The notes beneath the pieces are model-generated. The model saw nothing but the letters and a program-made list of their open reading frames with translations. It made no database searches and had not been told where the DNA came from. This document shows, piece by piece, positions 37,690 through 48,509 of a DNA stretch of 64,000 bases; position 1 is the stretch's first letter, and each line of letters starts with the position of its first letter. The stretch comes from Balanoglossus misakiensis (lineage: Eukaryota > Animalia > Hemichordata), in contig CM082591.2 in the NCBI GenBank assembly GCA_040954595.2, positions 8,284,280-8,348,279 of the forward strand, written 5' to 3'. A program made the translations under genes and the position numbers.

Positions 37690-38848
37690 GTGGTGGTGGT
37701 GGTTGAGGTGATGATGATGATGATCTGTTGTTACATGTATTTTATAAAAAGGACAAAAGTCTGTCTCTCGCTGCACTTTCTCCATTAATTATGTTTGATA
37801 CAAGACGCCATTTATGTTATTCTACATGTGGATATTCTTTACTATCAATCACGTGATCTGGCAATGTGTCCCATGGCGCAGTCATTTCCAGATGACGGGC
37901 AAGCAATATTTCGGCATCCAGTAAATGTAGAGTATGATTTTACTTTAGAACCGCCAGACACATAACATGTATCGGGTATGTTGCCTCATCAGCCTCATTG
38001 CATTTCGTCTGCACAGTCTTTGTCTGCACCACGTAAGTCCACGTTGCTGAAGTTGCCCGTCATCTGGAAATTTGAATGCGAACGTAACTGCCACCTGAAC
38101 GCGTCTGACGTCATTTGATAGCGAAGAATATGGTGAATCAACGTTCGACCACACACAACTTCTATCCTGTTTGTAGGAAATGAGAGTAAAAATCTCGTCA
38201 AAATGAATAAACGGTTGAGACCGATTATTCATTTTGGTGAATTTTTCACTTATGTGTCTACAAGCGGGATGGAACTTGTGTGTGGTCGAACGTTGATTCA
38301 CTATATATCCACATTTAGATTAACATGAACAATGTGTTGTATCAAACATAATTAATGGGAAAAGGGCAGCAAGAGAGAGCCTTTGTCCCTTTAAAGGACC
38401 ACGATCGTCTTATGCACACATGCCAAACCAGAGAATCTGGTTACAAAAATTGTATACAGTCAATGCCATAAGGCAGTGTGCTGTCCTAACAACAGACAAG
38501 ATGGCGGCAACCATAGTAAAAGACAGCACATTTACTTATATGGTGCACATGAAATAGGGAAGGAACCAAAGGCAGTCCACGATTTGAATGCATCAAACAC
38601 AGAATTCGCAGAACATTTTGATTGGATGTGATGTTTTCACACAGGATATTACACACACATGCGCATAAGATGATCATTGGCTTTTAACATGTTTTCTGTG
38701 TCCATTTTAGGCGCCGGTCCCAGAACCTGACAAGATGGTGGCCAGCATGAAGGCCTTGGCACAGAGCGTTCACGACGGCACTGAAATGTTTGGAGATTTA
38801 CCGAGGCCAAGAATCAACACCGGCGACTTCAAAAAGGCAAGACCATAG
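30353..38848 (+). CDS. AKT1S1: Proline-rich AKT1 substrate 1 (PRAS40 / Drosophila Lobe-like), ~412 aa
   Basis: Coding exons 30353-30520, 31418-31552, 33290-33389, 33864-33975, 34623-34700, 34812-34921, 35272-35372, 36248-36323, 37006-37077, 37452-37600, 38711-38848; phases all compatible, 1239 nt. Motifs: TOS-like LFDLEG, QQYAQSVPIRMPMW, PDKMVASMKALA and FGDLPRPRINTGDF (Akt RxRxxT site equivalent to human T246). Confidence 0.92.
30765..30910. repeat. Palindromic repeat with central CCGAGG..AGCCCGAGG hairpin (Crypton-like non-autonomous element)
   Basis: gggcaacagtgtatttttgatgacc ... ggtcatcaaaaatacactgttgccc inverted arms; a similar-style element lies at ~9110-9270. Confidence 0.5.
31844..32873. 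mobile_element. Internally deleted ISL2EU/Harbinger-related transposon with THAP-domain remnant
   Basis: TIRs AGTTCCAC / GTGGAACC with AT flanks. Minus-strand MVKRCAWGMCKSDERY...F.PFPKPK (THAP start, ~32676-32580, frameshifted) converges on plus-strand MEKLDSFSDSLLNVPGDISLCYLPEFKNLSKRSHEKG (~31946-32058). Confidence 0.6.
37636..37724. repeat. (GAT)n/(GGT)n microsatellite in AKT1S1 intron
   Basis: Direct trinucleotide runs. Confidence 0.9.
37749..38390. mobile_element. Kolobok-like family A element containing a nested repeat (37843-38121)
   Basis: Family A termini; the internal sequence is interrupted by the inverted copy of the 15372-15636 repeat; shares its right TTAA with the family E element at 38395. 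Confidence 0.75.
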
Positions 38849-39192
38849 CATTCAAACTCATCTGGGATTCCATTGAAACACTCATTGGTTGTGTGATAAA
38901 TGCTGCGCAGAGAAGCCAACTCAAGTGTGGATGTTTTTGAAAGCTATCCAGGAGTAGACCTTGAATGATTGCATGCCAGGTTGGAAGAATTGAGTGATTA
39001 TCTCAAATTCTAGATACTCTTCTAAGTCTCCAGCCAATATCTGTCGATACAGTCTGCTGAAGAGGCTCTTGTTTTTGCCCTAGTGTGGCTGAGTACAGAA
39101 GGGACATTGTTGCTAGCACTACAGAGAATGAATGACCTGTTGGGTTTTTGAAATTTCGCAGATGCTTACAACTTTTCTCAACAACAGTTTAA

Positions 39193-39377
39193 AGGTATAC
39201 GGTCTCACCTCCAATTTACATATCGCCATATATAGCTGAAATGGCTTATTTGAGTGTTCTAAAGAATGTATGGTGGTGCTCTTTTTTGTGTGTGACACCC
39301 ACTGAAAATATGTGATTGGTTAGATCTCAATCTACCATGGTAACCATAGCTAAATTTGCATAGGTGACCGTATACCT
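39193..39377. mobile_element. TTAA-flanked Kolobok-like MITE in AKT1S1 3' region
   Basis: TTAA|AGGTATACGGTC...GACCGTATACCT|TTAA. Confidence 0.75.
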
Positions 39378-39807
39378 TTAAGGAGTTTTTCTGTGCATGT
39401 TTTTGAACAAGAGAACCAACTTACCTCACGTTTACCTATGACCTTTGAACTCTGACCTAGCTATGTATCACATCTGGCGAACCAAAATGTGTTATTTCAG
39501 TAAGTCCACAATTTCGCGATAGATGTTGCAGCTAAAATCGAAACAAACATCAGAGGCCACAACTACAGTGTGACAGAGATGGCCATATATCATAAGGGTC
39601 ATTATCAGATAAGCATTTAAAATAATGGTAAATACCATTTTGCAATACTTTTAATTTGAGTGACACTTAAAAATTTGGTAATTTATTCTCTGATGTTACT
39701 GATCATGGGTTATCAATCTTTTCTTTTGATGCAGGCCATTTGGTACATTGTAACTACTTGGTTGTTTCATATGCAGTAGCAATGTGACTATAATGCTTGG
39801 ATTGACT

Positions 39808-39968
39808 TAGCTGTAATAATTGTAGCTTTGATGGGCTGATTGGGTAGCTGGGTTGTATGGCATGCATACTGTTTTGTGTGGCTTGCGTAAGGCCTAACCA
39901 ATGGTCTTGTGCAAGCTGCATGATCTAGCCACCCAAGCAGCCCACTGAGGCTACAATTATTGCAGCTA
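39808..39968. mobile_element. Family D foldback MITE, 9-bp TSD
   Basis: TAGCTGTAATAATTGTAGC / GCTACAATTATTGCAGCTA; flanks GGATTGACT / GGATTGTCT (8/9). Confidence 0.8.
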
Positions 39969-42900
39969 GGATTGTCTATCCATTCCAAACGTTGTTACTG
40001 CTATATATTGCCAGGATTTGTGTGTGTATTGAACTGGGGAAAATCTGTTGGTCGTACTCAAAAGAGGAATGTAACAAAGCCATGTTTGAATAGAGCCTTG
40101 TTTGTGGTGCTTATTTGAAGGGTTGTATCGGCTAGTGAATACGGATTCTGTACCTGCTGAATTACGGTATTTATTCCAGCGATTCGACTGCTGGAATAAT
40201 TCGAGTACCTGTATTTTCAGACAAAAGTTTCTCCAACTTTAGAAAGTCAACGTCTCCCCACTCATTTCGCCAAGATTTACGCAGTGCCGATCTCAGCAAT
40301 GCAGGCACGTATGAATGTGATTCAAGTCAGGATTTGTGAAATGGGTATTTGGGATCATGGAAATGTGAAAATTGGCTGGGGTTTGAGTCCCCTTTAATAG
40401 ATAGGTAATATTCTATTCAAACAGTGACCTTTGTTTTGAAAAATCTGTCCTTAATAGAGAGGTGTCTGTAATGACAAGTTTCACTGTATTCATTCAATTT
40501 TAAGAGGGTACATACTGCTTGGTCAGCACATACCATTTTGAGTCTGATCATGTCACTTCATACTGATCTAAAAGAGAGGATATGATGGCTATGGTGCACT
40601 GGTTTCTGCAAGCAATCACGCCTCACACTCACATTCAAAAACATTTTATTTTCTCATTGCAGCTAATTTATGTGAAAAAAACTTACAAATGCCAATTTTG
40701 TCTTGCATTTGCTGTGTGTTGAGCCACAACTAAAAAGGGACGATTATTATTTTTCTAGCGATTGTTAACTTTTTTGCGCAGGGTCCAAAATATTTTGGGA
40801 CAAACGCAGAAAATGTTGGGGAATTTCGAAATTTGTAAAACAATCCCAGGTCTACATTTTTGTTGTATTAGTAGTAGTTACGTGTTGATTTGAACTTTAT
40901 TGTTAAACAATAATGTTGCCAATTTAACTATGCCATATTTTCATTGTTATTTGAGTATTCCCATAATTCATCGCTCATGATCAACCGATCAAATGTTATG
41001 ATCTTTTAATGTCATTTTTTCTTAGTTATTTTAATTTTTATTTTGGAACACATTTCAGTGTAGTTGTATTTATTCAATGACAAGTTAAGTTTTCTGTTGT
41101 AGAGGTAACAGACTTTATGTGTAATGGAAGATAGTTATGTCATCACTTTCTGTGTTCTCCAAACAGAAACTAGGGGGCCCCGTTGGTAATTTTAACCTAG
41201 CTAGAGAGTCTGACCATGGTCTGCTGATGTACAGGCAACATTTCACGTCCACCTTTTGTGTGTTGTGCATTTTCTATAAAGTTTGAAAAAAATAGTAATT
41301 TTCCATCTCACACCACACGCAATACTGAAAGAAGGTCTACCATGGAATATTTAACCCTTTCACCACTATGGTTTGGTCCAAATCCATTGTTTTCTATGGT
41401 AACATTGGACCTCTAAAGAGGGAACAGGGGATGAAAGGGTTAAATTTGCATGTGGGTGGCTATATAAGAGTATCGGTTAGACTCCTTTTCGAGGTTAAAA
41501 TTATCCAAGCAAGTCTCTGTGTGGAGAATGCTCCTTCTGGTTTCATCTTTGGTTTTCTTTTGAGTTTCGGTAATTGCAACAGCAGTTAAACTATTGATAT
41601 TAAACTGGTATCTCACCATTCTTATTTTCAAATGAAATGTATTGTGACTGGTGTGTTTTGATTTCTCACATGAAAGATTGACCAGCAACTTCTTACAAAT
41701 TGCCCACATTGCTTTCTGTAACACAAATTGACTAGAAAATGTAGTGTCCCAGGAATTGTTTCTTGATGACATCAAAACGTTCATTCAAGCCAACTTCTCA
41801 TTAACTCCACTAACCTTTAGTCTGCGTTCTGAAATCATGCACTGAATTGAATTTGTCTTCCGTAGAGCAACTGAACAATTTTGTCTGGTGAACGTCATTG
41901 AAAGCCTCTAGAGCTGCCTCTGTTTGCATTATTTTCATGATTCTATTTTCCAACTTAACATTGGTCCATTTAAATAAGCTTACTGATAGGTATACATGAA
42001 CACTTTATCGATGCCCGATTGTGACTGCATGATGCAATTTGAACACGCTATGTATTAAAACGGTGCAGCACAGATTTAATCAGCCTCCATTTGCAGACAC
42101 GAGAGTGAAAACTCACCAAAATGAATAAATGGTAAACACCGATTATTCATTTTGGCCAGTTTTTCACTCTCGTCTCTACAAGTGGGATGAAAGTAGTGTG
42201 TGGTCGAACATTGATTCACTATAATTATATCCATATTGTACAATATTCCAATATGCATGGAAAAATAAAATTTTGAGTGCAATAACTCTTACGTCTAGTA
42301 TAATCAGATTCTGCAACTAAGATTATTGTAAAAAGGAATTTGATATGCTATGGTACATTTGTGATAGGTATCTATGTGTACCAGTATATGGTACAATGTG
42401 TGTGTGAAATATGCCAGCATTTGGGTATGTTGAAATATGTGAAAAAACGTCCATTCTCCTTTATAGTCTTACTTGCAAGACATAAAACCTGCTATTAAAT
42501 GAAGTATACAGCCAGAGAGAACAGGCAATCACAGATCTCAGGTCTAGGTGGGACCATACAAGTTTCCTACAATTTGTAGCCTGTACAGTGTATATCTCTG
42601 TACATAGCAGGGCTGTGTGTCTTATAGCAATGCCTCGACCAGACCAACCCAAAAGGACACAGAGCTAGGACTACGACCAAAGTAACAAGAATTGGAATGT
42701 ATGGAATGAATGTAAGGTTTTACAAAATATCCAGCTTAGAACTGCATTTTTTTCATGATTTTACTTTCCAACTTAGATTCGTCTATCTAAAGAAGCTTAC
42801 TGATAGGTATATACATGAACACCTTATCGATGCCCGATTGTGACTGTATGTTGCAATTTGAACAAGTGATATTAAACAGGTGCCTAACCCATATCGGTCT

Positions 42901-44816
42901 CCATACAAACAGTACGCAGCTATCATTGTATGCGTCACCAAGAGATGACTAACTGATGCAAATGCAAGTAACATGGCTTAATGGTGAGGATTTTAGAGGA
43001 TAGGGAATATATTTGAAATATTTTACTGTGGAAAAAATATGTAAAATTTGGCAGCTATATGGGCTTTAATTTGGCACAACTGTTATTAACTTTGGTCTAT
43101 GCTACTCAAAAGGATTGCAAGTTTGAACTGTGGAATCTCACATACACCAGCATTATATAGTCAGTAATATTGCCAAAAACAGTGACTTGTTTCTCTGCCA
43201 ATGTCTCTTTGGTCCCAAATTGGTTGCCAAATGTTTTTTTTAATGCAACTTAAGTTTAAGCTATATGTAAAAAAATAATTGAAGGACATGTAGCAATAAC
43301 TATGCTTTCAGTACATTCACATCAAACCCCAGTACTCATGTGTAGGTACATGTACCTATTTTAAGATTTCACACATGAAAAAAATTCATTTCATTCTGAA
43401 AGCCACTGATCAAATATGTCTGTCATATGACAGTAACAAAATTATAGTGGCTCACACAAGTTATTTTTGACTATGCACAAGGATAGAAAACTATACTATG
43501 ATGTAGGCATCATGTCATGTTTATGTTTTGTCATTGCAAAAATCCTGACCATCTCCATGGTGAAAGTTTGATGTCATGCTCATATTTTTGAAGAAAAAAA
43601 ATCCTTCATATCTATTGATTTGTAGACCTACGTAGAAAGTAATTATCATAGTCAGTAAACACTTGGTATGTAGGTTGGTATATACATGTAAGGTACGTGT
43701 GGAGTGACATTTTCAGTAGTATTCAATTTATTGTCATAGAATGACAACTTGTGTGCTGACTTGACTGTTCATTAATAATACATATAAATGGACTGTTAAG
43801 GAGATACTGTAAAATGGGTTATTTTTGCGAGCAATTACTTTTCAGGAAACACGCTAAAGCCAAAAAATGTGAAAATAAAAAGTTGCATAAAATGTTTTCT
43901 GGATATAACGATGCAGTAAAAATAAGAGAACGTTAAAATTATACCTCGTATAACAGTTGCCTCTTTTGATATCGTGAAAATTTCCGTAAAAATAACCTGC
44001 TTTACAGTAATCTTTACCAGAAATAAATTTGGTTGTGATAAGCGAGTAATTGATACATGCCAACCAGCAATATGAAAAGAACAGCTCCATTAAATGTATG
44101 TAATTTTGCGTATGTTTTGATTTTGTAAATATTTGAGTCTGATACAAGTATGATGAGTATTGCATGCAGATTACAGCATTATTTATACAATGTGTTTATT
44201 ATTTGTCAAGAGTTTCTGAAGTGATTTTAATCAAAACTTGAATAAAATGTTAATATCATAATCTGGCTGAAAGTCATTGGAGTGTTCAAACCCATATCTA
44301 GGTTTTAAAGGGAGAAATTCTCTCTTTCGCTGCCCTTTTTACATAAATTATGTTTGATGCAAGACACCATTCATATTCTCGTATACCTCCTGCGCATCGG
44401 TCATGGCATGGTCCTTCAATTTCATCGCCGGCGCTAATGGTAACATAGCCCGGAGACCAGGGCGTCGATCTAGAATACAATGCCCGGGGACAGTCGAGCA
44501 AGTCCTGCTGAGCTGAAAGATAGTAGCCCTGGCAACGATCAGGGTCGCTTAGTAACGAATGGATAACGAGTGATCTATCAAATGTTGACGGGCGCCAGTG
44601 GTTGGATGATATAATTAACAAACTTTGGTTATGAATATTCATACACCTTCAAAAACCACTCCCACGTCGCTACTTGCCGTCATTGTTTTCGTTACTGCCG
44701 AGGCCAATAACGTGGGGTTTATCACTGGGGTTTGCAGAGCTGTCTTCCCCTGAGGAGTGGCCCCCCCCATAGCACGAGACGGTCCAGCTGAAGTCATGAA
44801 GAGCGCCCAGAACTAA

Positions 44817-45592
44817 GGGACCGTTAAGTTTCTACGGCTGGGGTGTGGGGGGGGGGGGGGGTTTGGGCGCGGCAAGTTTGTGTCATCGGTTTTCAAAATC
44901 AGGCTGACCCCCCTCCACCCAGGACCAAAAAATGATGACCCCCCTTTTCACAGGCCCCAAAAATATGATGACCCCCCACGCCGAAAAAATTCGCCGTCCT
45001 GATCCTATGTACACTGTATACAATAAAGGGAATGAGGCTTCCCACACCTTAATTATATAAGTAATTGAAGTGTATAATAGTATATCGTTGCAATGAAGAA
45101 ATCTATGAATAAATTAAAATGACAAGTAAATACAATAGTTGTCAGAATTGGTAAAACAAGAAAAGTGGCGGGGTGGGTGTGGGAGGGGGTGTCCCACCCC
45201 CCCCCCCCCCTGACATAAGAAAATTTTGTAAAATACAGTGCTCAAAGTTGCGTTTTAATGAAATCAAAAGCAAATTAATTCAATGTTGGGGAGGACCAAT
45301 TTTACTTTGCCACTCCACTCAAAGTAAGCATCGGTGGGGTGGGGTAGCAAGAAGTCTGCCCTGGTACACTAGACAAAACAACAAATAAATGAAATGTCGC
45401 GAATAATGGAGGGGGTTGGTGTGGGAGGGGATGGGCGCGAAACTACAATTTTGTGGACTCAAAAGTATAAGTTCGGTGGCAAAAGAATGTGACCCCCCTT
45501 AAACGTTTAAAAAAAGGATGACCCCCCCCCCCCCCCTCTTTTGGACTTCAAAATTTAAGTGACCCCCCCAGCCGTAAAAAATGAACGGTCCC
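44817..45592. mobile_element. PIF/Harbinger-like non-autonomous element (relative of 2405-3559)
   Basis: TAA|GGGACCGTT..TTT.TACGGCTGGGG ... CCCCAGCCGTAAAAA..AACGGTCCC|TAA. Confidence 0.8.
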
Positions 45593-45888
45593 TAAGCTTA
45601 GAGATGTCACCAGATGTACTACTTTCTCTATATTTATATCTTGTATATACATATTCATGAATCTACACATATTCATCATAGGTTTAACCAATCATCACGC
45701 AGTGTAGACAGTTCCTATGTGTCGTCTGCGCAACGTCTGCGCAGTAATGTGTGTGCTTCTGGCCGTTGGTGGCGTCCCGCTGCACAGATGAAACGTCAGG
45801 TTCGGCTACACGTTTCACGTGAACGTGGACGCGTAGAACATGCGTTCGCGTCCGCGTTAGATCAAGAGGAAAAGCGTTTGGCTTCACA

Positions 45889-47800
45889 CAGTCGCATCGA
45901 TGACCCATATTAGGAGTTGCTTATTAGCATAAAAATTAACATATCATTAATATGTAGAACGCGATCTGACCAATGACGCGTCCGGAAAGCCGCGCCTCTC
46001 ACCCATTTCCCCGCCCATTGTTAAGAAAATCACGACTTTTTCTTTTCAAATGTAAATTTTGGGGTCAAATACGCTGTTTGGGGATATCCCGTCAATTGAA
46101 AATAAGAAAGTACGAGTCAAACTTGCTACCGGGTCAATAAGAAAATTTTTCACCAGTGCTTTTGTGAAATATTTAATTTTGATTTTGGCGTCTACGCTAT
46201 TTTTTGAGGATTTCGCCTGAAAGATGGCGACCTGGTATTAGACAGACCGATGCATGAAATGAAGTGACGGTGGTCACCTGACTGGTATCACCGCAACCAA
46301 AACACACGACCTTTCTTCAGGGCCATACATCATTCAAAAGACAAGTACCAGTAGACAGTTATTACATTTATCTATTGATTTTAGTTATGCGACTGAATTG
46401 AATATTTTGCATCACACTGAAACTCGTCACGGAAAAAAAACGGGACTCAACCGTACCCTTTGACCTATGACTTTTGATCTTCATACTGTCAGTCTGTCGA
46501 TCGCTGGTAATAATTGTTTTGGTGATGGAATAAGAATGTGTCTACGTTTTCGACAATCAAACATGAGGGTTACTCTTTGAATAAAGGTAGGGAACAATTA
46601 CATGACGTGACTTGGTGTATGAATTGACGACCTTGACGGATAAGGGCAAGTGGCAGTAAAACGGCGAACTGACCAACTGGAAACCGTACAGGCTGGCTGC
46701 GCTGGTGTTCAAACAATATTTTCTTCCTCAGTCGACGACGTCCCTCCGCAAAGAGTGACTGACGTGTTTCGACATAGTGTTTATTAGTCTGTAAGTCGCA
46801 ACTCATTACTTTGCATTACTACATGAAGAGGGATTATTATTTCCAGCCCAGCCGCTCAAAGTTTAAGTTGGCTCACAACAAAATTAAAACGGTAGAGCTT
46901 ATTATGATCGTGGTGAAATGACAACCTTTGATGTTACGTAGGACGAAATAAACAATCATTTGTCCAGGCTACATCATGACTGTCAGCCTGTTTGTGTGGC
47001 GACGTACATGCGGTGAGGGTGGGCAGCACGCAGTTACATGCTGGACAGTAGAGGGGAGTAGTATCGGCAAAATCAAACTTTGCACAAGTATAACGCAACC
47101 ACATCGTCTAGAATAAAGACAACGGGCGTTCCTTTGGCATCTCTTAGTACCTCCATGGGTTTAGGAAATATGCGGCCATCATCTGTCTAGCGAGGGGCGA
47201 GGACACGGGCGGGCGGCACCCATTGCAAGTGCCTGTATACTTCCCAGGCGTCCACATCATATATCAACGGCGTTGTTTACATGTAACTGTCTAACAGTAT
47301 ACTAGTACATGTATGTCTTTTGGGGGTGCATGTCGCTTTATTTTGCTTTGGTTGCTGTGCGCGGTGATATACTAGCTAGTATACAAGTCAGGTGATCACC
47401 GTCACTAAGAAACCTTGGCTCTCGATGAACGCCTTCAATCTACATGCTCTGTCCAATAACGCTGTCTTTCAGGCGAAATCCTCAAAAAATAGCGTAGACG
47501 CCAAAATCAAAATTAAATATTTCACAAAAGCACTGGTGAAAAATTTTCTTATTGACCCGGTAGCAAGTTTGACTCGTACTTTCTTATTTTCAATTGACGG
47601 GATATCCCCAAACAGCGTATTTGACCCCAAAATTTACATTTGAAAAGAAAAAGTCGTGATTTTCTTAACAATGGGCGGGGAAATGGGTGAGAGGCGCGGC
47701 TTTCCGGACGCGTCATTGGTCAGATCGCGTTCTACATATTAACGATATGTTAATTTTTATGCTAATAAGCAACTCCTAATATGGGTCATCGATGCGACTG
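45889..47800. mobile_element. 1.9-kb non-autonomous DNA transposon with ~335-bp near-identical TIRs and 5-bp TSD
   Basis: 45889-46223 is the reverse complement of 47466-47800; TCACA on both flanks (45884-45888, 47801-47805); no intact internal ORF. Confidence 0.85.
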
Positions 47801-48509
47801 TCACACATGTCACATGCTTCACCAACGTCTGTTTGTGTGGCACGCGCACTCTGTATTCGAATTTTGAGCGTGTACATCGATACACCACATGTCGTTGCAC
47901 TGCAACTATGGTTTCAACCCTAGGGTGACCATACGAATTGATGACCAAATTTTACATAAAATGACTAAAAAGAAATAAACGCGTTTTCGTTTGTCATTAT
48001 GAGATATCAAGCTAACAAGGCATACACATATTTCGTAGATGATATGATTTTTTGTTGCCCAAAAATGAGAATAACTTTTTCACGTTTGCAACTAACGTGA
48101 AAACACCTATCTCCACGTAAAAAAACGCAATTTCTTTTACGTGTACGTCAAACTTTCATCAAAACTTGATGACCAGAACTTCGTGACGTTGCGCGTTTGC
48201 GTTCGCGTAAAACTTGTAGCCGAACCTCTCTAATGTGTCGTCAGCTTTCGGCACTGTGAAGTTTTACCTTTTGACTCCATGACCTCGCGCAGAGCGTCAT
48301 GGGTATCTGGCGCACTAAATTTGTTATTCAATGTAAAGATTGTCCTCAAAAGTTCGTTTTCACTATGATTCCCCCAAAAATCGCCTCAGCAACGTTTTTT
48401 ACAACGTGTTGTCTGCTCTGTTACGCTGACCGAAAGTTTTACCTTTTGACCCCGTGACCTCGCACAGGGCGTCATGGGTATCTGGAACTGGAAACGCGCG
48501 AGCTTTGTA

